Below are positions 1-13,935 of a stretch of 64,000 bases of DNA, one piece after another. Position 1 is the first letter of the stretch; each line of letters begins with the position of its first letter. The notes under the pieces were generated by a model, which ran no database searches, had not been told where the DNA came from, and was given only the letters and a program-made list of their open reading frames with translations. The position numbers and the translations under genes are program-made. The stretch lies in the NCBI GenBank assembly GCA_052327205.1, contig CM126207.1, positions 218,984,001 through 219,048,000 of the forward strand, read 5' to 3'. The DNA comes from Somniosus microcephalus (Eukaryota).

Positions 1-1324
1 ATTTCCCATCCAATGGAAAGCACCCATTCACCATTCCCAATTTCTCTACAGAGCTCGACAGAGATGGGACACTAATCAGGTTAGGAAATTAAATGCGCAA
101 GCCTGTGCGGCACCAACTTGTGACAAAAGATTAAAACATTAGCTCAGTCCGTTGACTTGAGTGAACTTCTTGTTGTAACATACTATATTCCTTTTCTTGG
201 CTAAAGTTGGACTGTATTCAATTAACATGCATGTTAACCGAGAAAACAAGTAAAAGCCAACCAACAACTTCAAAGCGTTGACACTGCCCCAAAACAGCCA
301 ACAGCTCAGAAACAATGCTGTATGACATGTGAAGGTGAGGACTTGCACTGAAAGTGCAGTGTGACATGGTCTGTCCATAACTTAAGCTGTAGGTATATTC
401 AATAATCATCTTTATTGCAGAGGAAAAAAAATCTAAGTACACAAAAGGGCAGTTTACAACAGTGGTGGATTCAGAAATTACTAAAGTGGGATGAGAGTGC
501 TGAAGATGTGAAATTTATTTTCTAGGGGGAAGTCAGGGGGCATGCTCTCACTCGAGAAAGTTTTGATTTTTGACCTTTTATTTTGTGCATTTTGAAGTCT
601 ATTACAATTCTGTCTTTCAAGCCCAAACTTTTGGTAGGGTTAAATATATTTTAAATATGACTTTAATATAACTTAAAACAGGATAAAATAAAAGTAAATA
701 GGTTACTACTGTGTTAAAATAGTGGAGTGCGGAGTGTCAAATGAAGGTCCCAGATTTTCATACACTATCATCCAAAGTAATTTCCAGCCCATGTTGCTCT
801 TTTGACACCATCAAAAAGGATAATTTTGTTGTAGTGGAAATAAAAATCATTACACACTCCAAGCATTATAAAAAGTGCACAAGAATGTTGTTTGCAGCCA
901 TAGCCAAGAGCTGAATTCTGCACCTGACAATGCCTCCAGAATCAGGCTTACAATCTAATACACTCTAAATGGTTATTGATGCAACTCCTCATACTTCCCT
1001 GTGGATGTTGATTGCTCTAATATGGAGGGTGTGGGCTCGCTCCCTGGTTACTGCATGGTTAACAAAAAAACCTCAACGATGCATACATAAACAAATTGAA
1101 AACAGCTTTTTAAGTTACAGAAAATAAGTGGGCTGCAATTCACACACAATCAAGCTAATGATCAAAATGGTAAATTTCAGTAAAATTCTAAATATGGGAA
1201 TGTCAGTGTAATTTGCTTAAATGAAGTAAAACTCATCATCAGTCTAACTCTACAACCTATTTTACTTCCAAATCCTGGTGATTTCACAAATACAGTGACA
1301 GGAATGCTCAATAGAAAAAAATAA

Positions 1325-1590
1325 TTTGCATTTATATCAAATTCACATCTTCAGAATGTTCCAGCCAATGAATTACTTTTGAAGTGTAGTCACTGTTGTT
1401 ATGCAGGCATGGGCCCAATAAACAGCAATCAACTAAATTACCCTTTCACCTGTTTTGGTAGTGCTGGTTGAGGGATAAATGCCAGCCAAGACAATGGCAG
1501 AACTCCTCTGCTCTTCAGATAGTGCCATGGAATCTTTTATGTCCATCTGAACAGGCAGATGGGACCTTGTTTTATTGTCTCATCCAAAAT
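1325..1590 (-). mobile_element. Degraded Deu-domain SINE (SacSINE1-like)
   Basis: Reverse-complement similarity to the copy at 53408-53866 (tacttttgaagtgtagtcactgttg; agtgccatggaatcttttatgtcca). Confidence 0.7.
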
Positions 1591-1648
1591 GGAGCTATTT
1601 AATGCATACACACAGGTTTTGCGACAAGTATTGAAGAAAATAAACCTT

Positions 1649-2325
1649 CAAGAGACCGCCTACTTCCACCTCCATAACTTTGCCCGTCTCCGCCCTTGCC
1701 TCAGCTCATCCGCTGCTGAAACCCTCATCCATGCCTTTTGTTACCTCTAGACTTTACTATTCCAATGCTCTCCTGGCTGGCCTCCCACATTCCACCCGAC
1801 GTAAACGTGAGGTCATCTAAAACTCGGCTGCCTGTGTCCTAACCCGCACCAAGTCCCATTCGCCCATCACCCATGTGCTCGCTGACCTACATTGGCTCCC
1901 GGTTAAGCAGCACCTCGATTTCAAAATTCTCATCCTTGTTTTCAAATCCCTCCGTGGCCTCACCCCTTCCTATTTCTGTAATCTCCTTCAGCCCCATAAC
2001 CTCCCCCCACACCAGAGATATCTGCACTCCTCTAATTCTGCCCTCTTGAGCATCCCTGATTTTAATCGCTCAACCTTTGGTGGTCGTGCCTTCAGTTGCC
2101 TAGGCTCCAAGCTCTGGAATTCCCTGCCTAAAACTCTTAACTCTTCTCTCTTTCCTCCTTTAAGACACTCCTTAAAACCTACCTCTTTGACCAAGCTTTT
2201 GGTCACCTGCCCTAATTTATCCTTATGTGGATCGGTGTCAAATTTGTTGTCTTAAAATACTCCTGTGAAGCGCCTCGAGATGTTTTACTGTGTTAAAGGT
2301 GCTATATAAATACAAGTTGTTGTTG
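1649..2325 (+). mobile_element. L2-clade LINE 3' fragment
   Basis: Frameshifted RT C-terminal peptides (AAETLIHAF, LHWLPV, FGGRAFS, KLWNSLP) and 3' tail gctatataaatacaag(ttg)n. Confidence 0.88.
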
Positions 2326-2643
2326 TCAACAGCCAAGATGCCTTGAAAGTTCTTTTGCGAAAAATAGAAAGTTTTTAAAATCTGCATTATTCCAGTGCTT
2401 TTGCTATATATAAAACTTCCTTGAGAATTTTGATTCTTAGAAATCATCGGCTCATCTTAAAATTTCAGTTTCTGCGCAACCAACTACGAGAGAAAGCAGT
2501 ATCAGCTTAAAAAAGCTTTTGGTTGGCAGAGTTTCAAACCTTAATATGCTAACCTGGTGACAAGTAATCTAAATTCTTTCAAGTTTGCAACCGTGTCTGT
2601 ATTGTTAGCAACAGGCAGCAGTCCAGCAAAACAAAGACTCTTG

Positions 2644-3292
2644 GGCCTAGAAATTCACTGGCGCCCCAAGTCTTGCCAGGGCGCCGGAAGTACCACCCCG
2701 GAAGGAGTCACGAAAGCCTGCTGGAAATTCCGTTTCAGCGCCCCAGACGGAAGCGCAGCGCTACTTGAGGCGCCCCGCATCCCTCTTGGGGTGCTGCAAC
2801 TGAAAATCGCAGCGCAACGTGCCGCAGCACTACACGCTGTGGCACGGCACGCTGCGGTACTGCAGGCCTTCCTCCCCTTCTTAAAGGGGAGGGGCCTGCT
2901 GCAGCACGATCGGCGATCGCGAGTGCCAGCAAAAGAGCCCGGCACCGAGAAGTGCCGGGCTCCTGGGACACAGCCGGCACAACGCGGGGGGGGGGGGGGG
3001 GGGGTGCGAAGAGGTGCTGGCAGGCGGCCAGCAAAAAAAATGGCCGCCCCGCGCCTCCACCGCCGCAGGTAAGCCCCCCTGAAAGCAGGGGGCGCTACCA
3101 AATTTCGAGATCAGGGCAGTAGCGGGGTGCTGCGCACACCGATGACGTCATCGGTAGCGGCGCAGCACTAACGGCTAGCGCCGCCATTAGCGTCCCGCTA
3201 AATTTAGCGGGAGGCGTGGCCAGTGGCGTAAAACCCACTAAGTGCCCTCTTTAGGCACTAATGGGTGGCGCAGCCCACTGAATTTCTAGGCC
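2644..3292. mobile_element. GC-rich MITE, PIF/Harbinger-like
   Basis: 14-bp TIR ggcctagaaattca / tgaatttctaggcc; 3-bp flanking duplication ttg. Confidence 0.8.
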
Positions 3293-3892
3293 TTGGTCTT
3301 TATCAGCATAGAGAAAAATCTATTACTGCCAGAGGTTATCTAATTTAGCCCAAAGTGCCCTATATAATTAAGATGTACCGCTTTTAATAGCACTTAATAC
3401 AAAAAATAATAAATTTGTCAACGTGGTTTAAAAAAGCTTACCTCGCACATGTGACATACAGATTATATATGACGGATAAAAACTGAACCAGAGCCACTTT
3501 CCTTGAGCCAGCAGCAATAAACAAAAAAATATTCTGCAGCTGTGTTAGCCTCTAACCACATAAGCCTGCACCTAATAATGGCTTTTCTGTGGCATCATTC
3601 TATAAAGCAACCACGTTGGCACCATGATGGCTGCAACAGGACTTCAAAGTAGTCACCTTTGCTCAGAAAAGGAGACTCCCATATCAGATTAAAATTCTCA
3701 CTACTTAAAAAAACACCGATTTTCATTTTCAATGAATTAACATGGGAAACACATATATTGTACAAGCAGAATGTTGCACAGGAAGTCACTGAATATATTG
3801 ACTCCTCTTATAAAATTGATATGAAATCATCGTCAACACTTCCTATGCGATGTCTTAATATGTTGAGGGATACAAATATTTGTATTTGAATT

Positions 3893-4141
3893 TTACTACT
3901 ATCCAGAGAGTGGTGAACCTGTGGAATTCTCTACCACAGAAGGCAGTAGAGGCCAATTCATTAAATATATTCAAGAAGGAGTTGGATATATTTCTCAAGG
4001 CTAAAGGGATCAAGGGGTATGGGGAGAAAGCAGGGACCGGGTACTGAATTTGGATGATCAGCCATGATCACATTGAATGGCAGAGCAGGCTAGAGGGGCC
4101 GAATGGCCTACTCCTGCTCTTATCTTCTATGTTTCTATGTT
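3893..4141 (+). mobile_element. CR1/HER1 LINE 3' end
   Basis: gagagtggtgaacctgtggaattc...gggccgaatggcct hairpin and (ttctatgt)n tail. Confidence 0.85.
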
Positions 4142-4525
4142 ATTACAGTATGCAGTGCCTTACTCAAAAAATGCAACTGGATTCAGTTTCTTTAGCATAA
4201 TATAGAACTCCTTCCCCAAAGCACTACTGAACATGTAAATTAAAAGTTCTTACTAAAAATAAAGTATTTAAAATATTTTATCCAAATATAGATTACCAAT
4301 ATTTAAATTTATACTAAACAGTTTAATTAACATTTTCAGACTTACATGCTGCCATGTTTGAGTAGGTTCTTAAGTTCTGTTGGAAAATTCTTTGATTTTT
4401 TTTTTAACATAGCTAAGAACATTCCCATGGCATTGTCCACAGTTAGTAGATGGATACAAGTTTATTGTATAAAACAAGATGGAGACAGAGACAGATGGGA
4501 AGAGACTTCAGCAAAGCACTCTACA

Positions 4526-4542
4526 CAGCCACCTGGTGGCCA
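4526..4542 (-). promoter_or_regulatory. CTCF-like motif
   Basis: tggccaccaggtggctg closely matches the CTCF core; motif only. Confidence 0.4.
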
Positions 4543-4791
4543 GAGCTAGCAACTATATTGTGACAGTTGACACAGTAACTTAAAATGGTAAATGCTGACT
4601 GAAGTGTGTGACCAAAAATCATAACAAGTAGTAAGGTTTGTGCACAGGAAATATGTGCACTGCACAAGATTTTTAATATATCTATTTAGGTTTATGATTA
4701 AACATAATTAAAATACAGCATTATATCGTTTCAGTTGTGTAAACAAATGGGATTTCTTAAAATTAAGTAATTTGTACACCATAACCTGTAC

Positions 4792-5002
4792 CTTTTTTGA
4801 ATAAGATAGTCCTCAAGTATGTCCAGGCAGCGCACCATCTGGGAGAAGATAAGAACTTTGTGACCCCCAGCTTTCATCTTTGGAAGCAGCTTGTCAATTA
4901 AGACTAGTTTACCAGCTGACTGGATCATTGCTTGTAGATGAAAGACTGGAGCAACCGGACTGTGCATCTCTCTGAACTCTCCTAGAATCTTTTCTTCAGC
5001 AC
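4792..5002 (-). CDS. CHD9: CHD9 coding exon (G|AEEKILGEF...[39 protein letters not shown]); helicase-C start
   Basis: tag acceptor, gtacag donor; 211 bp, phase 1 to 2; [11 protein letters not shown] is CHD9-type. The next exon (YERIDG) was not found at 1-4791. Confidence 0.96.
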
Positions 5003-6154
5003 CTAATACCAAAGAGAACATTTATAATCCTGGTTCCATGCTTTTGATTACATTGCTGTATAAATAACCTGCATCCAGGGATATAAAACTCTCGTTTAAA
5101 TCAAATCAACATTACTTTATATTATATAACCCAGTTGCTCAGATGCCAAAGGGGGGCATCTGAAGTTACAATATTTAAATATCAAATTGTAACAGAATAT
5201 TAGTTTTAGATTACATGCTATAACGATGCAGCTAGCAAGACTCTGAGATGGCATATTAACAAAAACATCAACATTTAACACTGAAGAGAGGAATAACTCC
5301 AAAGTCATGAGAATTGACAATTTATAGAAACTTTAGGGGTGGGGGAAATCACTAATTTAATTGTATGAAGGGTTCAGTTCTTACAAGCACACTGACTTGA
5401 TTAAAAGCAACCAACACAGGTGCAATGGGCCAGGTGGGCTCTTTCTGTGCTGTAATTTCTGTGATTTTATGAAACAATGTCTAGCAAACTTTTTGCTTGT
5501 CTGTGGAGTTAGGACAACCATGACTCTGATGAGAGTGCATATAAGCAGCATGTCATGTGTTGTGCATTTACAAACATAAAGGTTGCCCAAGCACTTTTTA
5601 AATAAGACCTTGGCCTTTAAAATTGAAAATGGCAAACTTACAGATTATGAATACATTTGGCATAGGAATCGAATCAGTACCATAAATTTCAAATATTGTT
5701 TGGTCAACAGCCAAGGTTCTAATTCCACTCTAAAGTTTAGCAAAGCATGCATCAGCCTGCACATTTCCTTAAAAATGCTGATTGGAGATTGGCTTGTGAA
5801 TATTTGAGATGATCATTTTACAGATACAAAATTACAGCTGTTGCTTAAGTATTGCAACTCTTCAAGTTTGGACAGAGTTTTAGAATCTAATATTATAGGT
5901 TTGAGTTGGGTGCAAGAAGCTAACCATATTTAAGATCATTAAAAGCAGTGAAGTCTAATGGTTGAAAAAAAACAAATTGCAATCTTACTGTAATAAACAG
6001 ATTTATTTAATTTGGACACACAGAAGTTAAATAGCCTTTATAGAATGGCCGAATAGCCGAAACCTGGAAGGTCTAAGCTTATTGTAATATTTCTATGTTA
6101 ATGTCATTAACATGCTACATAAAATAATTTGCAGTTTAATACATTTTTTTAATT

Positions 6155-6492
6155 AGTTTACGGGATGTGGGCATCACTGGCAAGCCCAGCATTTATTGCC
6201 CATCCCTATACAACTGAGTTGCTTGCAGTTAAGAGTCAACCACATTGCTGTGGGTTTGGAGTCACATATAGGCCAGACCAGGTAAGGACAGCAGATTTCC
6301 TTCCCTAAAGGACATTAGTAAATCAGATGGGTTTTTACGACAATCCAGTAGTTTCATGGTCACCATTGCTGATACTAGCTTTTTATTCCAGATTTATTTA
6401 ATCAACTGAATTTAAATTCCCCAGCTGATGTCTCCAGATCATTAGTCCAGGCCTCTGGATTACTAGTCCAGTATCATAACCACGATGCTACC
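6155..6492 (-). mobile_element. tRNA-headed SINE-like element
   Basis: Minus strand begins ggtagcatcgtggttatgatactggactagtaatccagagg (A-box-like head); body resembles a common elasmobranch SINE. Confidence 0.6.
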
Positions 6493-6887
6493 TTTCCATT
6501 ACATTCCAATGAACAAAATGTGCAAAACAATCTACTTATTCCACCTCTAGTTGTCCACAGTTTTTTCCCTCTGGCAACAAAAGAACTACTACTCCATAAC
6601 AATGAGAGACCCGTTTCCATTTTCCCACCTGAACCATTCTGCAATTCTGAGTAAAGGCTCTCTGAAACCAATGGAGGCCAATTTGCTGTCTGAAATATTA
6701 GTGCTTTGAAGTTTTTCCTCTCTCTCTAGTATATGAAGTTTTACACACCAAGAAGTCACATACTACTACATCACAGTAGAGCAGATCAGTGCTTTAACCA
6801 ACCAAACTCCAGGAGATCACTTCCAACTTGGTCAACAAGAGAGTTCTCAGTATGCAAGCCTGCTCTACAGAATACAATTCACAAATA

Positions 6888-7205
6888 CAGGAAACTTTGT
6901 GCTATCCGGCACCGACGGGACCGAGCTGCTGCCGTTCCCTCAAAACTGCTGGACACTCCAGAGTTAATGTTGAAAGATACGGAGATTCTCATCTCCGTAT
7001 CTGACAACAAACACTGTTGCTTAGCAACAGCTTCTAAACAGTCAGGTGCAGCTGCAAGCTGTTGCTATAGCTACAGACCTTGCAGTGCTTGACTGGGGAA
7101 AAAAAAGCAAGAAAAGAAACGAAAAGAATAAAAAACGGCTCCTGATTTTTGCCGGTGGCTCCAGCTTGCCGGATGGTTCGCCTCCAGATAACTCAAAGTT
7201 TCCTG
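6888..7205. mobile_element. Tc1/mariner-type (Tigger-like) MITE, copy 1
   Basis: TIR caggaaactttg / caaagtttcctg with TA on both sides; same family at 17181 and 26650. Confidence 0.88.
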
Positions 7206-7539
7206 TACCATTAAATATGATGACAGTAATTAAAGGACTTTACGAACGTATTACTATCGACGTTAGCTACTGTTGCGGTCGATCACATTTGCACAATACA
7301 AATGCTTATGATTGTATGAAATGAAGTGTGGGTATTTAAGTGCAATAATTTAAGTTATTGCTGGTTTCTACTTAATGCAAAATGAGTTCTAGAAAAAGTG
7401 TTTTCTAATTTGTATTTTTTTGAACATCTACGGTAAACAATATTAGGTATCTGAGTGACAATGAGAGTCCTTGTACCCTCGGATTTTCTCCCTCTCATTG
7501 CAACTATTATCAAAACTTTATTGGGAAATATTAACTAGC

Positions 7540-7651
7540 AGTGTAGGTGTCACCAAAATAAATCGCTAGTGCAGTTATCACCAAAATGATCGCTAGTGCA
7601 GGTATCACCAAAATGATCGCTAGTGCAGGTATCACCAAAATGATCACTAGT
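7540..7651. repeat. 27-bp minisatellite, about 4 copies
   Basis: Unit tagtgcaggtatcaccaaaatgatcgc repeated in tandem. Confidence 0.9.
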
Positions 7652-7850
7652 CGATGTATCACTTTCAGTTTGCCATTGGATGGGACTGAAATGGCAAAAA
7701 CATTTAGTTACGAACTAAGTCTGCAACTCGGAAAAAATAATCAAGTGAAATGCAACTTCAAAAAAAAATATAGCCTGGCTGTAAAAAGGGGCTAGAAGAC
7801 TGTTCTGCTGTAAATTGCAAAGACAGCACCGTGAACTTTTCAAAGTTAGA

Positions 7851-8891
7851 GGGCTGTATTTTGCGACCCCTACTGGTGCATACAAGGTGTGTACGCGTCC
7901 GTAGGGGCTGCGCAAGTTCCGGGTTTAGGCATGCGAAGCGCATGCGCGAAAACCCAGAACTTGCAATTCGTCAAGAATCCACGTGACAGATCCTCCGCAT
8001 CCCCGGAAGATGGGCCACTGCGGGTGGAGAGTTGCGCTATTTGCCCAACTTCCGCCTGTTGAATGCCTGTGAAATTCTTACGCCTGGTAAAAGCAGGCGT
8101 AAGGCCTGCTTTTAGCAGCATAAGATTTTTAATAAATAGAAAAATAAAATCATTTATACATTTAAAACTTGTCCAATAAGGTACGTTTATTTCCGGGTTC
8201 GAATCCGGCCTCGGGCGACTGTCTGTGTGGAGTTTGCACATTCTCCCCGTGTTTGCGTGGGTTTTCTCCGGGTGCTCCGGTTTCCTCCCACAGTCCAAAG
8301 ATGTGCGGGTTAGGTTGATTGGCTATGATAAATTGACCCTTAGTGTTAGGGGGATTAAATACGTGGGGTTACAGGGATAGGGTGGGATATGTGTTGGTGT
8401 AGGGGTTACGGGGATCGGGTGGGATATGTGTCGGTGCAGGCTCGATGGGCTGAAATGGCCTCTATCTGCACTGTGGGGTTTCTGTGATTCTGTGATGGTA
8501 CGTTTATTTCTAGCCCCGTTAAAACATTAAAAAATTCAATTTTCATTTAAAATATTTAATTAAATGGCATTTTAATTAATTTTAAATATGTAATTTAAAA
8601 AAAATGTATTTAATGTGTTCGTGTATTTTTTAAGTGGTCCCCATTAATACTTATGGGAGTTCAGTATGTACGGAACCCTTCTTTTATTGGTTGGGCCGGC
8701 CCACGTGATCCCGGGGCAGTTGTGAACCGCATGCGCCCCTGGGATACGTGGGCCTTTGTCTGCGCGTACCCGGAGAGGCCCAGGATCACAAGCCTCCATA
8801 CCTCCCGGACCACCAGGTAAATGCGTAGATTTTTTTTTAACAGGTTGGAGGCATCCACCCACGGGAAGCCTCTGATTGCAAATTTTGGGCC
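7851..8891. mobile_element. PIF/Harbinger-like MITE interrupted by an HE1 SINE
   Basis: Ends gggctgtattttgc / gcaaattttgggcc; inverted homolog at 14584-15252. Confidence 0.78.
8194..8496 (+). mobile_element. HE1-like V-SINE, 5'-truncated
   Basis: V-domain gtggagtttgcacattctccccgtg...ccgggtgctccggtttcctcccacagtccaaaga, CR1-like tail; 14-bp TSD ggtacgtttatttc (8180-8193, 8497-8510). Confidence 0.92.
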
Positions 8892-9626
8892 AATGTTGAT
8901 CAAGCTAATTTATTGATACCTTTACTCTTCATGCCTCTGCAAAAAATCTGAGTTAGTATCAATATAAAACTACCCGAGATATCAAGAGATAAATAGGTAC
9001 AAATCTATTAATGTTTTATACATATAGGCATACTATTTAAATAGAGTATTTCCACTTCTTTGCAAACACCAAAATAAAAATAAGTTACTGCATCTCAAAA
9101 ATATGTAGCTTGACTTCAAAAATATATAGCTTGATTCTATTAACCCCTCCTCACCCCCAACACTTATAAAATCCTGTTTTAGGAGCAAAAAGAAGCAGCA
9201 TTGGAGAGTCATGAGTGTTTTACCTGTTTTTTCTAATAGTGATCCATCAGAAAAAAACATTTTGTATCAATGACAATTTAACTTATTAATGCAACTCACT
9301 ACTGTTTTAAAGATTAGACAGACTGTAATCAGATACACCCGTCTCACCCACTTTCAATAGGATTTACTGACAGAGAAAGCCTTTTAGGAAATTTGGTTGG
9401 GGAAAAAAACAGCAATAATGAAATTCTGAAGTTACTGAAATGACATGTTGGCAGTAACTGATTCAAAGCAGGCCCAGATTCAGGAAACCTCTCTCCAAGT
9501 GACATTCTGAGGTTCCTGAAAGGAAAAGTTCTTTTACTGTTAGATGAATAGAGCTAGAAAATAAATCCACCATTTCCAACAGTAAATAAAGCAATCATTA
9601 TTTCAGAAAGGCAGGCAAATTATTAC

Positions 9627-9882
9627 CTTTTATAAGATATGGGTGATTACAGCACTTCCTGAGCTCCATCATGGTGTTTACCAGGTTAGGCACATTTGCC
9701 TGACCAGCCCCTTTGGACAGGAAGGCAAAGTTTCTTTCCAGGATTGCACGATAGTATTTCTTCTGAATATTGGTTAGTTCTACTTCAATAATAGTCTCCT
9801 CTTTAGGAGCCAGCTTCTTTTCCACATCCTCCTTTAAACGCCGCAGCATCATGGGCTTCAATATCGCCTGAAGCTTTTGCAC
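9627..9882 (-). CDS. CHD9: CHD9 coding exon ([22 protein letters not shown]...[14 protein letters not shown])
   Basis: aag acceptor, gtaat donor; 256 bp, phase 0 to 1; [10 protein letters not shown] favours CHD9 over CHD7. Confidence 0.96.
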
Positions 9883-10799
9883 CTTAAAGAAAATCATGTG
9901 CGTAGTTATGTGATGAATAGTTTTTGTTTATATGCATAGACTGGGATGGACAAGAGCTTACAACTAGAATTGCATCCAACTGAAATCAAACAGAGATCTT
10001 AAGAACAATATTATATATGTAATGAACTATGGATCTAAATGTATTAAAAAGGCGAACCATTGGACAAGGGGGGGGGGGGAAGATTAACACAAAGCATAGC
10101 AGCTAACTCTGAAAATGGACTGCTTTATACTATAAAGTATCTGCTGAATAAATATACTGACTCAATAGATCTGCCTGTGTAATAAGCATTTAAGACATTT
10201 CTTCCTGTTTGAATATATCTTTTTTTTACATTACTGTCAATCACCTGTGATTAATATAGGACTTAAAATTAATTTTCATAGTGCATTACAGCATACTATT
10301 CATGATCATTTGGTCAGCGGTGGCCTTTACTGTATCCTCTCAATCTGGTAATGTTTGCAGATTGAGTCACACAGGAAATTTATTTTGTCATCAGCCTAAT
10401 CCACACATGCAAGTCAAATCTAATTAAAGTACATTTCAAAACGTTATTCCCCAACACTATAGAGTCGTCAGACGAAGTAGCACCTCCAAGTAGGGGTGGT
10501 CAGATTCACTACTATGTGGGTGTCTCTTTCACTGAACATTCAACTCATACTTATGGCTCCAGTAACTGTTCTGTACACAGCAGTGGCCACGCCCTGCACC
10601 TCGACCTTGTCTGGTGCTCCAGGACAGGTGACAGTGTCTATCATCAGTGCATGAAGATTACAGCTACAATCATGGAGGATGAAATGGGGTCCAGCTATTC
10701 AACTGAAAAACAGGAATGGTGCTACATGCATTGCAATGTAAGATACACCTAGGATATCAATCCTGACACGTATAAACTGGTGACTACTGCATCCAGACA

Positions 10800-11220
10800 C
10801 ACCCTAGTCATTTGAAATTTTCTGCAACTCCAGCACAACAGTTACTCCACTTAAGTTTACCCATACTTAGAGGAGGAGCCAAAAAAAACCTGCTTCTTCC
10901 CTATCTGGTCCCTACTGCATCCAACAAGTCAGCTTAAATCATAGCAAATTTCAAACAACCACTCACCATTACAACATGGAACATAGACACTAGTCAGAAG
11001 TCAGACCACTAGTCATCCAGAATATCACCCTGGCTTAATTTTGAGAACTAACCAACCACAAGAGTGATATTCTATTCTGGCCTTAAGTGAAGCCTGATTA
11101 GCCAATGTAAGATCAGCTCAGAGATCAACAATGACCACATGATCTTCTGGATTGGCAAACAAAATTCAAGTATCAAGTGTTTAGGCTTCAACTGCCATCC
11201 CCCACGGAGTTAACTTCAGT
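10800..11220 (+). mobile_element. Possible ancient Penelope-like (GIY-YIG C-terminal) remnant
   Basis: Scattered peptides NHHKSDI and PHGVN resemble the end of PLE GIY-YIG endonucleases; heavily decayed. Confidence 0.3.
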
Positions 11221-11597
11221 TTGACATATGGACTACATCAAAAGAAATTTACTTTTGTAGCACTTTATCACTAACAATGTCAAACTTGTTCAAGCAATTT
11301 GATATAATTTTTTAAAACAAGTGTGAAAATGCAGAGATAGATGATTTAAAACAAATAAGTATTTTTTTTTCCATTTGGATAGGGTAAATGTTTCAAGGGG
11401 TATGATTACCATTTTTTCCCCAATAAATGATGATTTTTTAAACCACACAATATATTAAAGAATAAACCGAAAGGTAACCCTAATCCTAGAGCTACATTGC
11501 TGTTTTATTTTGTGTCGGCATCACTCGTAAACCAAACAATATTCAAGATTTAACCCTTTTTAAAAAAAAATTCTAAAACAGATATGGCTAATTGTTC

Positions 11598-11725
11598 TGA
11601 CGAAAGGTCATCGACCTGAAACTTTCATTGTTTATCTCTCCACAGATGCTGCCTGATCTGCTGAGTATTTGCAGCATTTTCTGTTTTTATTTCAGATTTC
11701 CAGCATCAGCAGTATATTGCTTTTG
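11598..11725 (+). mobile_element. Short Penelope-type retroelement with hammerhead-like core (copy 1)
   Basis: ctgacga-aaggtcatcgacct-gaaac; 15-bp TSD tatggctaattgttc (11583-11597, 11726-11740). Confidence 0.8.
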
Positions 11726-12015
11726 TATGGCTAATTGTTCATTCTGTTCATAATAATCACATTAATATTACTCCAGAATAACCACAGTACAGTACTACTC
11801 TATAATAACCACAATACACAATGCATTTATCAAATGAAGACAAATAGACAATTAGTGAAGTTTGCTGGCATTTAACAGACTCCTGCAATGGTCCACATAA
11901 ACTTGACAGGTTTTATTTTTAAGTTATGAGACTGTATCGTACCATCAAAAATTAAATAATCCAGTCTATTGCCCTTAATCAATGCTAGAATTAAAGGATG
12001 CATTGTTTCTCATAC

Positions 12016-12159
12016 CTGTGCTTCACTCTTTAGATCTCCAAATTCCTGCATGAATGTGGTTTCTGATGAGAAACGTAGGGGCTCCAGGAAGTGAAGCAAA
12101 CTGAACAGCTCCTCCACGGTGTTCTGTAGAGGAGTTCCCGTGAGAAGCACCTTGTGTTC
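12016..12159 (-). CDS. CHD9: CHD9 coding exon ([27 protein letters not shown]...EAQ); motif III
   Basis: cag acceptor, gtatg donor; 144 bp, phase 0. Confidence 0.95.
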
Positions 12160-12890
12160 CTGGATTCAAATAGAAATATTTGTACTTTTTCATCCTGTTT
12201 CTTGAGTCACCGATCAGTAAAATAGAATTCAGCTTCTTCCCTTCCCCACTACTTTTTCTCAAGTTGGAATCTCACATCCATACCATCCCTCCTCAGGGAG
12301 GAGGAAGGGTGATGCTGCACAGTCACCTCCTCGAATATCAATGCTGCTGGTGATCTTGACATGCAGATTTCATTAGTGTCGCCCTGGCTGAAGCAGTTTG
12401 GTTATTTTGTTAAAAGGGATGATTTAAAAAAAATTCTCTCTTTTCTGTCAGTCATTTAGATAATGCAGTAAAGATGAATGGCCCAAACTAGCCCAACTGA
12501 TTCAGTCACCAAAAGAGATGTGCAGTGGCAGCATTAGTGGTTTAATAAAAATATTTTGTTTCATTCCTTTTGGGAGTCTAAACTATTGTCTATAAGATGT
12601 TATGTTTAATATGAATGAACAATTCTCAAGAGCTGGAAGCTTCTGACGGAACATTTTAATTTGGGTACCAGCTACAAGACAAACTAAACATGACTTCTTA
12701 AAATCCCACTTATCCACCTTATTAGGCAACACTCAATTATTTAATAGCTATGCTTAATAATTGGCAGAAAGCAACACAAAATAATCAGGGTAAAACATCA
12801 CAGGCACGAACTAAATTGCCCAGAACTGCTGCTGTTGTAAAACAATACATTATCAGCTATTATACAACATGCTGCGTTTTAATAACATAC

Positions 12891-13067
12891 CAGGTTCATT
12901 ATTTTCAATCCCTCCAGTAGCTTGCAATTTTTATTCTTCAGTCTGTGGGCTTCATCAATGATCACACAACGCCACTCAATTACATTCAGCTCCGGACAGC
13001 CACCCAGGATCATCTCAAAAGTAGTTATCATGGCGTGGAACCTGTATGTTCCCCGAAGGACCCGGCC
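12891..13067 (-). CDS. CHD9: CHD9 coding exon; DEAH box ([22 protein letters not shown])
   Basis: tag acceptor, gtatgt donor; 177 bp, phase 0. Not in the ORF track; translated by hand. Confidence 0.95.
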
Positions 13068-13632
13068 CTAGGGAGTAAGAACAAAAAATAAAAATCATGG
13101 TGATCAACAACCTGCTTTGACATTAGACAAGTGATAAAACAATTTTCCACACATAGCTGGCAACAATCTGTCATTCAATTCACTAATGACCTGAGAAATC
13201 ATTTTACTGTTACACCCTCCCTCCTAACAAGTGTAATAAAACTACAATGAGCTCTCCAAAAGAATGAACTTCAAGAGAGCCCTTGAAACAGAGTTTTACA
13301 CAAAATCCTTTTGAGAAATGCTCACAACTACAGTAACTCCCTCACTGAAACACTCTCTGATGGACTCTCCCATAGTCTGACAGAAGAATCTTAAGCATCC
13401 AAAATAATCATTGGCTCAGTCTGATCTAAGAGCCAACAAATCCAATGTTTCTGAGGCAGCAAATGAAAGCACAGACAAATGCAAAAGCAAACATTAACAG
13501 GAAGGTCCAAGCCTTCATATGACCCATCAGGCACTGGTGCTGTATGCCACTACACTATTTACAGCTTCAATTCTAAAAGTGAAACCATAAAATGTTCACA
13601 CTTTTTTTTTTAATACATATTTTCCAACATTA

Positions 13633-13935
13633 CAGAATCACAGAATCTACAGTGCAGATAGAGGCCATTTCGGCCCATCGAGCCTGCACCGACACATATC
13701 CCACCCTATCCCCGTAACCCCACGTATTTAATCCCCTAACACTAAGGGTCAATTTATCATAGCCAAATCAACCTAACCTGCACATCTTTGGACTGTGGGA
13801 GGAAACCGGAGCACCCGGAGGAAACCCACGCAGACACAGGGAGAATGTGCAAACTCCACACAGACAGTCGCCCGAGGCCAGATTTGAACCCAGGTCCCTG
13901 GCGCTGTGAGGCAACGGTGCTAACCACTATGCCAC
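13633..13935 (-). mobile_element. HE1-like V-SINE, near full length
   Basis: tRNA head (ggtggcatagtggttagcac...gggttcaaatc), V-domain and (gattctgt)n tail on the minus strand. Confidence 0.92.

Noticed and set aside
2557-3101. 171-aa and 148-aa overlapping ORFs
   Set aside because: They lie in a GC-rich MITE with TIRs and a poly-G run; the open frames reflect low stop-codon density.
7540-7651. Repeat array as a possible CRISPR
   Set aside because: Head-to-tail 27-bp units with no unique spacers, in eukaryotic intron context.
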